Source: an uncultured Fidelibacterota bacterium
GTDB lineage: Bacteria > Fidelibacterota > Marinisomatia > Marinisomatales > UBA1611
Length of the DNA: 64,000 bases
Assembly (NCBI GenBank): GCA_913040915.1
Contig: CAJWHW010000003.1
Location: 9,701 to 73,700, forward strand
Direction of reading: 5' to 3'
The notes beneath the pieces were generated by a model, which was not told where the DNA came from, searched no databases, and was given only the letters and a program-made list of their open reading frames with translations. Below are positions 45,969 through 54,950 of this stretch, piece after piece. The position numbers were made by a program, and so were the translations under genes. Every line of letters begins with the position of its first letter. The stretch's first letter is position 1.

Positions 45969-47686
45969 TATAAATCTTCAACTGTTGATCTCATAACTTC
46001 TTCTATAGATGTTGTACCATCCAAAATACGTTCTAACCCAGCTTCCCTCAGTGTTACCATTCCATTATCTAAGGCAGCCTGTCTTATATCATCTTCATTA
46101 GCATTTTCAAAAACAAGTTTTCTGAGTTCTCTTGCCATTGGTATCATTTCAAAAATTGCTAATCGTCCCTTGTAGCCCGTATTACGGCATTCTGTACACC
46201 CTTTTCCATGGTAAAGCGGCCCTTTTATACGGCTTGATTCTAAGCCAACCAATGCTAATTCTTCATTTGATGGTTTATATTCTTCTTTGCATGATTTACA
46301 TATACGCCTTACCAAACGCTGGGCCATAACCAGATTTAAACAAGAACCAACCAGAAACGGTGCAATTCCAATATCAAGCAAACGTGTTAATGTTCCCGGA
46401 GCATCATTTGCGTGAACCGTTGAAAAGACTAAGTGACCAGTCAGTGCAAACTTTACCGCAATATCCGCTGTTTCACCATCACGGATTTCGCCAATAAGCA
46501 ACACATCAGGATCTTGACGCAAGATTGAACGCAGCGTTGAACCAAATGTAAGTCCAATATCTTCAAATACCTGTACCTGGTTCACTCCATCTAACTGGTA
46601 TTCCACTGGATCTTCAACAGTAGTTATATTAGTACGTTCACTTTTGATCTCTTTTAAAGCAGCGTATAGGCTTGTCGATTTACCGGAGCCTGTTGGGCCG
46701 GATACCACAACCATACCGTAAGGCTGATTAATTACCTTTTTAAAAACCCCAAGATTTCTTTTAGGAAAACCTAATGAAGTTAAATTGAAATCAAATCCAG
46801 TTTTATCTAAAAGACGCATTACAATCTTTTCCCCATAAACGGTTGGCAGTATTGAGACACGAACGTCGAGCTCTTTTCCGGGAGACTTTATTGAAAATCT
46901 ACCATCCTGGGGTAATCTTTTCTCTGCAATATTTAATTTTGACAGAATCTTAATTCGGGTTACTAAACCACTTAAGGATGTGACTGGTGGTGTCATAATC
47001 GTCTGGAGTACACCGTCAATGCGAATTCGTACATAAAGCTGTTTTTCCATAGGTTCAATATGCACATCTGTCGCACGCTCTTTAATGGATTCCTGTAAAA
47101 TCAAATTAACTAACTTTACAATAGGAGCATCTTCTTCTGAAGCTTTGTCCGGAGATAGATTAACTTCTTCTTTAGAGCCTTCATCACCAGAGATAACTGT
47201 AATATTGTCTAATACATCACTCACTTCTGCAGTTTTTTGGATCTCTCCATAAACTCTATCGAGCGATTTTTCCATCATGTCATGACCACAGACAATAATA
47301 TCAGGATTAAGGTTTGTTAATCGCTTGATGGAATCAATAGCCACTAAATCTTCAGGATCTTCCATGGCAACGGTAATTGCTGAATCATTTTTGTTTACTG
47401 CCAATACTCTGTTCGTTCTGGCAAAATCTTCAGGTATCATGGCAGCAATATTGGCATCGGCTTCCAGTAAAATAAAGTTGTCTGCTTTGCGGTATCCTAA
47501 CTGTTGAGCAAAAGCCGTTACAAAATCATCTTCTTCAATGATACCCATCTCAATAAGAGTAACGCCTATTTTTTCATTAGTTGATTTTTGTTGTGCTAAC
47601 CCTTCATTTAATTGGCCTTCTGTGACTTTTTCATTATGAAGAAGTATCTCACCTAATTTTGAAAATTGTGGGTTAAAATCATTCAT
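45968..47686 (-). CDS. pilB: Type IV pilus assembly (extension) ATPase PilB with MshEN-like N-terminal domain
   Basis: 572 aa. It has GPTGSGKST Walker A, the Asp box, Walker B LLIGEIRD, the His box and the tetracysteine CKSC...CTEC. Tandem MshEN-type motifs occupy residues 10-62. Confidence 0.9.
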   Translation of the reverse strand: MNDFNPQFSKLGEILLHNEKVTEGQLNEGLAQQKSTNEKIGVTLIEMGIIEEDDFVTAFAQQLGYRKADNFILLEADANIAAMIPEDFARTNRVLAVNKNDSAITVAMEDPEDLVAIDSIKRLTNLNPDIIVCGHDMMEKSLDRVYGEIQKTAEVSDVLDNITVISGDEGSKEEVNLSPDKASEEDAPIVKLVNLILQESIKERATDVHIEPMEKQLYVRIRIDGVLQTIMTPPVTSLSGLVTRIKILSKLNIAEKRLPQDGRFSIKSPGKELDVRVSILPTVYGEKIVMRLLDKTGFDFNLTSLGFPKRNLGVFKKVINQPYGMVVVSGPTGSGKSTSLYAALKEIKSERTNITTVEDPVEYQLDGVNQVQVFEDIGLTFGSTLRSILRQDPDVLLIGEIRDGETADIAVKFALTGHLVFSTVHANDAPGTLTRLLDIGIAPFLVGSCLNLVMAQRLVRRICKSCKEEYKPSNEELALVGLESSRIKGPLYHGKGCTECRNTGYKGRLAIFEMIPMARELRKLVFENANEDDIRQAALDNGMVTLREAGLERILDGTTSIEEVMRSTVEDL

Positions 47687-47705
47687 AGAATATTTCCTTT
47701 CAGTA

Positions 47706-50639
47706 TTAATCGCACTCTACTGGAGATCGAACCAATAAAATATCTAATGGATCACTCGTTGTAATAGTTGGAATCATTAATGTAGCGCTGATACTTGATG
47801 TAAAATCATCATAACTGCAGATTGGAGGATCATCAGTTGATGTATTTGCCAGATTACAAAGTTCTTTCAAATATCGAACAGATATACTCGCATACCCATC
47901 TTCATCAGTTAAAACAATTGGTTCGCATCCAATCATTGAGTAGCCATTCCATTCTCCGTCACCTTCTCCCTGATCAGCTGTACCTTCTAAACCATCTAAA
48001 CCAAAATCATCAAAATTCTCAGAAACTTCAGATACATCCCACTCACCATCACCTGTTGTGTCAATTGCATCATGGATATTATTATAATTTCCCCAATCAA
48101 CGGTCTCAGGGTCATCATCAGCTCCATAGTCCCTCCATGAAAAACAGCCATCATTTTCGCCAGCTAATATATCTCCTGAGTCTTCTAAAGTATCCAGTCC
48201 CCAATCTTCGTAGGCTTCATATCCTACTTCTACCCAGCGACTAACACCTGTACCTACAAATGACACTGGAGCACCTACTACTGGGTTTCCATAATAGTCA
48301 ATAACAATCGCCGTGACTGTAATGTCAACGGAGTCTGTAGGAAATGGTATGCTAAAATCATGGTAGGTTGCATTCGATGTAAGTGTCACCGCTCCTGGCA
48401 GGAAAAACAAGGTAGCATCTCCTTCACCTTCATTAATGTAAGACGATAGAAAATCACTTTCACCATCACCATCCAAGTCACCAGTCGCTGTTGTTGCCCT
48501 AACTTTTCCAATATCACCAATCGCATCTGTGGAATAAATTATAAATGATCTAGCCATACCAACAGTTGCTTCACCACTTTGAACACCTTCATTATTTGTA
48601 AAACTTACGCCTTCAACTACAGCATCAATAGTTGTATCAGGAGGCAGAGGAGCAATATCCCAATAAACGTAGGTTGTATCTTCTACGGGGTTACCATGTA
48701 TATCTGAAACAAGTGCGGCACACTCAGTCCGATAAAAACCTCCACCTACAGCTTCAGTACTGTTTGGATCATATTCAGCTTCTATACGATGAGGTTGTCC
48801 AGAAGCAATTGTTACAGGTACATCAATGACAGTTAGATCATTGCTACCATCCTGGTCACAGTCACAAGTAGCAACAATTCTTACTGGTCCTGGTTCGGAC
48901 CCACTATTAATAGAAACCGTAGCCACACCATTCACAGTATAAATTGTAGCCGATGTTTGCCCAGGTGTCTCTAAGTAAGCGTCACCAACTAAAGGTTCAA
49001 TTGTGAAGACGACTGGGGTTGGTGTGTTTATTAGTGTTCCATTATCATCATAGACTTCTGCCTTAATAAAAGTCGACTCAAGCCCACCACCATCTCTAAC
49101 AACAATATCGCCTGGTATTGACGCTGGAATCTCCATAAACGCACAGGTTTGAAAAGATGGATCTTCTATATAGACCTGTAGTGAATCTTGGATTAAGGTT
49201 GATGAAAACCCTGGGTGAGAAAACGTCGCCGAAATATCGGATACACCAACATCTTCCGGATTTCCTAAGTCTGTAAATACAGCAGTATCTGTACCTACAG
49301 TATCTGTTAAACCTATAGCATTAATAAAACCTAGGGTGGCTTCATAATTGATTTGAGCATTCCCAACGGGATTTCCGAGCTTATTGAGCAGCCGCGTTAC
49401 AATATTTGCAACTGTCTCCCCTCCATCAAGGGCAATTACATCTGTGTCTGTAGTAACAAAAAGATTGTAGGGCCACACATCATCTTCAGAATAGACATTG
49501 AATCTTTCACCTTCTGTAATTTTATCTCCAAATTTTGCAACTACAGTTACACCTTCAAAATTCGGCGTTCCAGGATTATCTTTATAGGTATTGCCGCCGT
49601 CATCAAAATGAGCAATGACCTGCCCATCTGAATTAGATACACTGCTCTGATAATTTATTGTACCCACATCAACATTGCTTGATGTGGCAACAAATTCTAC
49701 AGATTGTCCTGATATTGGATTTCCAGCTGTATCAGTAACCGTTGCAATGAGCCTGGTTTGAGATGCATCCCCTGCTATATCTTCACCAACCACGACTGTA
49801 TTATTCGATTCATCAAATGAGACTGGTAAGATCTCCATTGAGAGTCCATTATCGGTTCCAATGATAACTTGGACTGAATCAGATATGGACAAATCAAAAC
49901 CTTCATGGGTAAATGTGCATACAATATTTGCTGGTCCAATATCTTCTGGAACCCCATTATCCTGAAAAGTTAAGGTAACTGCTCCTGTGCTATCTGTTTC
50001 ACCTTCAGAATCAATAAAGCCCCGATCCGTATCAAATGATAGGATAACATTTTGAAGAGGTATATTTGATTTATTCAACAGTCGCGCTTCTATTTCTGCC
50101 GTAGTAGCGCCATTATCTAACTTGATATTGTCCACGTCCGATGAAACGAATAGTGTATATGGCCACACATCATCCTTTTCCTGATAAACATTAAATTGAG
50201 CTTTTGCCGTGATAGTTGTATTTGCATATGTCGCAGTAACAGTTAGACCTTCATAATCAGGCGTTGTTGTCCTGTCAACCATTTCTTCTGAACTGTTTGG
50301 CTTAAACGTGTTCACCACCTCTCCATTCTCATCAGTATTAACAGACCTACCATTAGTATAGTCTCCACCACCGCCACCATTATCTGAAAATGTGATGCTT
50401 TCATTTTTTATCGGAGTTCCGTCTGAATTATTCAGTGTAAACACCATACGCATATTAGATGAGCCAGATACAACTTCACCAACTGATGTACCATCATTTG
50501 TAACAGCCTGTAAGGAATTAAGTGTCAGTGTAGCATTCGGGTTTGTGGTCTCTTCAGGCAGTCTTTCATCACAAGCAAGGTTCATAAAAATAATGCCGTA
50601 GAAAATGGGATAAATAGATTTTGATTTAATTTTAAACAT
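47706..50639 (-). CDS. Large lipoprotein with bacterial Ig-like (Big) domains and acidic Ca-binding-like C-terminal region, embedded in the pilus operon
   Basis: The track ORF (to 50792) overlaps pilQ. The ATG at 50639 gives MFKIKSKSIYPIFYGIIFMNLAC (signal peptide plus lipobox Cys) just 10 nt after the pilQ stop, for 977 aa. It has two tandem super-repeats of about 230 aa and a D/E/G-rich region (TGDGEWDVSEVSENFDDFGLDGLEGTADQGEGDGEWNG). Confidence 0.75.
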   Translation of the reverse strand: MFKIKSKSIYPIFYGIIFMNLACDERLPEETTNPNATLTLNSLQAVTNDGTSVGEVVSGSSNMRMVFTLNNSDGTPIKNESITFSDNGGGGGDYTNGRSVNTDENGEVVNTFKPNSSEEMVDRTTTPDYEGLTVTATYANTTITAKAQFNVYQEKDDVWPYTLFVSSDVDNIKLDNGATTAEIEARLLNKSNIPLQNVILSFDTDRGFIDSEGETDSTGAVTLTFQDNGVPEDIGPANIVCTFTHEGFDLSISDSVQVIIGTDNGLSMEILPVSFDESNNTVVVGEDIAGDASQTRLIATVTDTAGNPISGQSVEFVATSSNVDVGTINYQSSVSNSDGQVIAHFDDGGNTYKDNPGTPNFEGVTVVAKFGDKITEGERFNVYSEDDVWPYNLFVTTDTDVIALDGGETVANIVTRLLNKLGNPVGNAQINYEATLGFINAIGLTDTVGTDTAVFTDLGNPEDVGVSDISATFSHPGFSSTLIQDSLQVYIEDPSFQTCAFMEIPASIPGDIVVRDGGGLESTFIKAEVYDDNGTLINTPTPVVFTIEPLVGDAYLETPGQTSATIYTVNGVATVSINSGSEPGPVRIVATCDCDQDGSNDLTVIDVPVTIASGQPHRIEAEYDPNSTEAVGGGFYRTECAALVSDIHGNPVEDTTYVYWDIAPLPPDTTIDAVVEGVSFTNNEGVQSGEATVGMARSFIIYSTDAIGDIGKVRATTATGDLDGDGESDFLSSYINEGEGDATLFFLPGAVTLTSNATYHDFSIPFPTDSVDITVTAIVIDYYGNPVVGAPVSFVGTGVSRWVEVGYEAYEDWGLDTLEDSGDILAGENDGCFSWRDYGADDDPETVDWGNYNNIHDAIDTTGDGEWDVSEVSENFDDFGLDGLEGTADQGEGDGEWNGYSMIGCEPIVLTDEDGYASISVRYLKELCNLANTSTDDPPICSYDDFTSSISATLMIPTITTSDPLDILLVRSPVECD
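49164..50537 (-). repeat. Tandem protein-level duplication (227 aa + 231 aa) inside the pilus-operon lipoprotein
   Basis: Unit 1 (49857..50537) ends ...EGLTVTATYANTTITAKAQFNVYQEKDDVWPYTLFVSSDVDNIKLDNGATTAEIEARLLNK...VQVIIG. Unit 2 (49164..49856) ends ...EGVTVVAKFGDKITEGERFNVYSEDDVWPYNLFVTTDTDVIALDGGETVANIVTRLLNK...LQVYIE. Confidence 0.75.
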
Positions 50640-50649
50640 GCTGCACTCC

Positions 50650-52083
50650 TTATTCAGAATCTTCTTCAGATTCATCATGATCTTGTTGACTATGACTATC
50701 ATCATCTTCACGTTTATCATTTTTTGGCCCTTTGATAACATAATCTTCAAATTCAACCATATCTTCAGACTTTGTAATACCTGTATATGCATCTACAACA
50801 ATCTTTGGTGTTATTTGGATAATTAAATCTGTTTTACGTTCGACGATACCATTCGATGTAAACAATTTTTTCCCCAACCATGGAATTTTGCTTAAGACCG
50901 GGACTTGGTAGGTAGTCCTTTTTTTATCATTACTTAGTAAACCACCAATGATAATTGACTCACCGTCCCTTACCCTTATCGTCGTAGATGAAATTCTGCT
51001 TTTTACACGTGGAATATTCTGGTCCGGGCCTATAAACTCGAATATTGTAGATACTTCTGGCTCTACCTTACAGGTTATATACCCATCTGTATTCACTGTA
51101 GGCAGTATATTCAGCTTGATCCCTACTTCTTCACGCTGTACCTGTACCTGACCCCCAACACCACCTGAACTAAGGATGTAGGGTACAATATCAACTAATT
51201 TAATATTGGCTTCACGACCGTTTATTGTTGTCAGCCTTGAGTTTGCCAATACTTCAGCTTTGTTTGTTTTTTGAAGCATGTCCAGTGTAATATCAAAAGC
51301 AGTGAGTTGTCGGCTAAAGTACCGTGGGATAATGGCTGTTTCATCTTTTTTATCACTCAATCTATTGAACAGCATTGTCGCAGGGAGATCACCAAGTGTC
51401 TGCTCTGCAGGGACTACGGAACCACCCCCGTCTGTTTCAGGAACACCATTTTCAGCTAAAATAGTTTTATAATTTGATAGTTTAGACCAATCAATTCCCA
51501 GCTGCTCTTCTACATCTGCCGCAACTTCAATCAACCTAGTCTCTAACATAATCTGGATTGCAGGAACATCAATTTCTCGTACAACCTGAATGATTTCAGC
51601 GATTTTTTTTGGAGAAGCATTAACCAAGAGTTTATTACCAGGGATATCAACCTGAACCTGACCTGAAATGTCCTGGAGTAAGTTTTTCACATCTTCAGCT
51701 GATGCATATTTAAGCTCTATGACATGGGAAGAGACACCCACTTCTTCTTTTAACTTTTTGGGATCAGCAATTAAAAAAGAATTACCAACTACTTCGTAGC
51801 TCAAGCCAACGGCTCTTACAACCAAGTTAATCGCCTGTTCTATTGGAACTTCATCCAAATGAATAGATATTTTATCTTGCCTGTTCACATTGGGATCAGT
51901 CACAATATTATATCCACTTTCTGATGCTAAGATCGCTAGAATACTTGGTAAAAAAGCATCTTCAGCGTGTACACTGATTAATTTTTCTTCGTTAGACTGA
52001 GTAGGCTCGCTATCTTGACCCCAGAGCGGAAAAATAACTGCCCATATCAGCGCAAGAAGTTTTACCTTTTGTAAATAGTTCAT
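50650..52083 (-). CDS. pilQ: Type IV pilus secretin PilQ (short form, acidic C-terminal tail)
   Basis: 477 aa with a signal peptide and N-domains. The secretin core ends in VPVLSKIPWLGKKLFTS...DLIIQITPKIV, followed by a tail of about 35 aa, ...KGPKNDKREDDDSHSQQDHDESEEDSE. Confidence 0.9.
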   Translation of the reverse strand: MNYLQKVKLLALIWAVIFPLWGQDSEPTQSNEEKLISVHAEDAFLPSILAILASESGYNIVTDPNVNRQDKISIHLDEVPIEQAINLVVRAVGLSYEVVGNSFLIADPKKLKEEVGVSSHVIELKYASAEDVKNLLQDISGQVQVDIPGNKLLVNASPKKIAEIIQVVREIDVPAIQIMLETRLIEVAADVEEQLGIDWSKLSNYKTILAENGVPETDGGGSVVPAEQTLGDLPATMLFNRLSDKKDETAIIPRYFSRQLTAFDITLDMLQKTNKAEVLANSRLTTINGREANIKLVDIVPYILSSGGVGGQVQVQREEVGIKLNILPTVNTDGYITCKVEPEVSTIFEFIGPDQNIPRVKSRISSTTIRVRDGESIIIGGLLSNDKKRTTYQVPVLSKIPWLGKKLFTSNGIVERKTDLIIQITPKIVVDAYTGITKSEDMVEFEDYVIKGPKNDKREDDDSHSQQDHDESEEDSE

Positions 52084-52104
52084 TGTGGCATATCCCTTTA
52101 AGAT

Positions 52105-52704
52105 TTAATTCTTTTTATTATTTTTTTTCAAATAGCTGTAATCAGTTCCGTGCACCCAAACCAGATTTTGATTTGTCATGGGATTGACCTTACTCTTTTG
52201 ATTGAAGCTTGTGTTCAGATTACCGGGAGCTGGATAAGCTTTAAGACCAGCACTTGTTCGGATAAGTACTTGGGTCGCATCAATCAACTCGACCTTACCA
52301 ATATTTTCTATGTTATCTCCCACCGATACAGTATAAGCTTTACCTCTGTAATCTATTTGAGCTTGAAAGTGATTATTCCTCTGATACACCAGGGCAACAC
52401 GTACTGCATTTCGGTTTCTTCTGGAACGCCTACCTGTACCGTCAGCCATCGTTAATACATTTGTCAGCATCATTGGAGTATTGTTCAATGAAAATCGAAA
52501 ATCGCTTCTCTCAGCCAAACGGTTTTCTAGATAAGCGATAATATCTTCTAATTCTTTGTCTGTACCAAATTGCAGATTATTTGACCTCTCTTTTAGTCGA
52601 TTATATTTTTTATTCATTGGAAATAGCTTAAAACTGGTAGCAATCAGGGAAACGATTGTTATGCCAACCAACAGATTCCATATAGTCACTGATCTTTCAC
52701 TCAT
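52105..52704 (-). CDS. PilP-like pilus assembly protein
   Basis: 199 aa with a single N-terminal TM helix. The C-terminal beta-rich YTVSVGDNIENIGKVELIDATQVLIRT segment resembles PilP. Its position between pilO and pilQ supports the call. Confidence 0.6.
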   Translation of the reverse strand: MSERSVTIWNLLVGITIVSLIATSFKLFPMNKKYNRLKERSNNLQFGTDKELEDIIAYLENRLAERSDFRFSLNNTPMMLTNVLTMADGTGRRSRRNRNAVRVALVYQRNNHFQAQIDYRGKAYTVSVGDNIENIGKVELIDATQVLIRTSAGLKAYPAPGNLNTSFNQKSKVNPMTNQNLVWVHGTDYSYLKKNNKKN

Positions 52705-53276
52705 TAGGATACCTTCGTTTTTGATTTGACAAGCGTTATCGTTGAGAGACTGACAACAAATTCTTGATCTATTAAGTCTTCTTCCTGAATATTTGCTTTT
52801 ATCCGTTGAATTCCATTTTTCACTTCAAATTCATCAATTGTGATTAACCTCGGTGATCTCTCTATCTCAGAAAGAAATTCCCCAAATTGCTCAAATGTGC
52901 ACTCAAGTGTTATGATGTACGGTGCTTCGAAGTATGTGGTTTTATTTTTTCGTGGTTTCGGCTTTATACCCAGCAGCTCAATATCTAAAGCTTCTAACAT
53001 ATTGGTTAGATTATTTAAAAATGGGAGATTCGCATCGTCAGCCAGAGAGTCTGCTTGTGACAAGGCCAGATTCTCCTGAAATAATGTAAAGACACGGTCT
53101 AACTGACTAGCTAAAATTTGTGCACTGATTAAATTCTCATTCAGCTCAGCCTGCTCATCTTCCAACAGCCTAATATCAAATGGTTTTTCCCCGATCATTA
53201 TGGAAGAACTGACCCAGAATGTGATGGTAAGTAAAACCAGAGCGCCAAATAATAATATATTTCTTTTTTCAGCCAT
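52704..53276 (-). CDS. pilO: PilO-like pilus assembly protein
   Basis: 190 aa with an N-terminal TM helix, a coiled coil and an alpha/beta domain. It sits between pilN and the pilP-like gene, with a 1-nt overlap downstream. Confidence 0.65.
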   Translation of the reverse strand: MAEKRNILLFGALVLLTITFWVSSSIMIGEKPFDIRLLEDEQAELNENLISAQILASQLDRVFTLFQENLALSQADSLADDANLPFLNNLTNMLEALDIELLGIKPKPRKNKTTYFEAPYIITLECTFEQFGEFLSEIERSPRLITIDEFEVKNGIQRIKANIQEEDLIDQEFVVSLSTITLVKSKTKVS

Positions 53277-53284
53277 CTATCTCT

Positions 53285-53878
53285 CTATGAATAAGATTTA
53301 CGTCGATTCTTCTTAATTGTGGCTTCAATCTCAAAGCGTACAATATCCTGTCCTCGTACATTTATTTTGCTGTGACCAACATATTTGATTTTTCCAAAAT
53401 TTTGGGAGAAATTTTTATTCCTGCGCAGCGTTTGAACATATTCATCGATAATCTCAAAATCTTTGCGATCTTCAAAGGTAAGTGCAATACCACGAACTAC
53501 CAGTTTTTGCTTTTTATATCGCAGACCCGTTATTGCCATATCATCCGGTGTCATTGTTCCAAGAATCTCTAAATTTTGAGCCCAGAGATATCTGTTCTGC
53601 TCTAAATCAGCAAAGGCAAGGATATCATCCTTGGACAAATTTTTTCCTTCAGTCTGAAGCTTGGCAATTTCATCCTTTAATCTTTGAATTTCTTCTTTCT
53701 TCTGATCAATTATTTTGTTGTATCCTAATCCTATCATCCATGTTCGAATATTTACACCCAACAGAATAATCAGTAAGACTGCGAATGTACCCCATCTGAA
53801 CTGCTCCCTTATTCGCTGAAGTCTTGTTTCTGCACTCTCAGCTTTATTCAGGTTGATAAGAATGAACTGCCTATCCAT
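53285..53878 (-). CDS. pilN: PilN-like pilus assembly protein
   Basis: 197 aa. The N-terminal FILINLN resembles the INLLP PilM-binding motif, followed by a TM helix and a coiled coil. It overlaps pilM by 8 nt. Confidence 0.7.
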   Translation of the reverse strand: MDRQFILINLNKAESAETRLQRIREQFRWGTFAVLLIILLGVNIRTWMIGLGYNKIIDQKKEEIQRLKDEIAKLQTEGKNLSKDDILAFADLEQNRYLWAQNLEILGTMTPDDMAITGLRYKKQKLVVRGIALTFEDRKDFEIIDEYVQTLRRNKNFSQNFGKIKYVGHSKINVRGQDIVRFEIEATIKKNRRKSYS

Positions 53879-54929
53879 TAGACATTCCTCCCCGAATACT
53901 CAAGCCCATCGCAGTGGCATATTGACTCTTATTTGTTAATGAAATGGAATCGCTCCCTTCAATATTTTCAAATGGATCGAATGAAGTGCATTCAATATTC
54001 AGTTTACTTGTAATAAAATCTGAAAGACCCTTGGTCTCACCACCACCGCCCAATAAAAATAGTTTTAAGAAAAAACTCTGACCAGTTTGTTTCGCATAAA
54101 ACCTCAGTGATCGTCTTAAATCTTCAACTAAATTATCGTAAACAGTACGCTCAGCAATTCCAACACCTGTAGATGGTTCATCGGTTTCAACGCTGCCAAC
54201 AGCGGCTAAACCACCCTTGTAGAGTAAATCTTGTGCTTCTATATAACTAATTTCTTTTAATTGAGATAATTCTTTAACAAAATGGTGTCCACCTATAGGT
54301 AAATCTCTAGTAAAAAACTGTTTTCCTTTCCCATAGACGACTAAACTAGATGAAACTGCGCCAATGTCTAAGAGTACTACTAGACCGTCTTCTGGCAGAT
54401 CTTTTACTAGCGTAAATGCATTACTGATGGCAATCGGATTCACATCAACTACACCTGGTTTCAAACCACAATCTTTTATGAGCTCCATATGCCCATTTAA
54501 AACGCCTTTGGTACAGGCAACTAGACCAACGTCAATTTTATCCACTTCCAGTTCATTTGATCCGATAATTTGATAGTCTATGATAGCATCCGTACCATCC
54601 ATGGGAATATGCTTTCTAGCTTCAAAGGTCATAGCAGACTCTAACTCATCTGAAGGCATTTCCATGGTTGTGATTTGTTTAACACTTGCATTTGAACCAC
54701 TGATTCCGGTTGTCAGGACCTTAACCTTTTTGGGGTTCAGCCCTTGTTGACGAAACAATTCTTTCACAGCCATGACCCAGTGTGTTTTATCGATTTTCTC
54801 CGGATCATAGGCTGAGTTTGGTTCAGGAACTAATCTTGTTCCCGCATCCAAGACTTTAAATCCATCTTTTACCTTTTCAACTGTGACCAGTTTAATAAAC
54901 TGTCTGCCAATATCTAGACCGAGGTACAT
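53871..54929 (-). CDS. pilM: Type IV pilus assembly protein PilM (actin-like ATPase fold)
   Basis: 352 aa. It has the LGLDIGRQFIKLV phosphate-1 motif, VLLDIGAVSSSL and LLGGGGETKGL. Confidence 0.85.
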   Translation of the reverse strand: MYLGLDIGRQFIKLVTVEKVKDGFKVLDAGTRLVPEPNSAYDPEKIDKTHWVMAVKELFRQQGLNPKKVKVLTTGISGSNASVKQITTMEMPSDELESAMTFEARKHIPMDGTDAIIDYQIIGSNELEVDKIDVGLVACTKGVLNGHMELIKDCGLKPGVVDVNPIAISNAFTLVKDLPEDGLVVLLDIGAVSSSLVVYGKGKQFFTRDLPIGGHHFVKELSQLKEISYIEAQDLLYKGGLAAVGSVETDEPSTGVGIAERTVYDNLVEDLRRSLRFYAKQTGQSFFLKLFLLGGGGETKGLSDFITSKLNIECTSFDPFENIEGSDSISLTNKSQYATAMGLSIRGGMSNG

Positions 54930-54950
54930 TATTTTCCTATTCTTTATACT

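Noticed and set aside
50640-50792. N-terminal 51 codons of the track ORF 47706..50792, which overlap the 3' end of pilQ.
   Set aside because: This stretch is K/I/M/N-rich and not signal-like. The internal ATG at 50639 gives a textbook lipoprotein signal peptide 10 nt after the pilQ stop, so the extension is most likely not translated.
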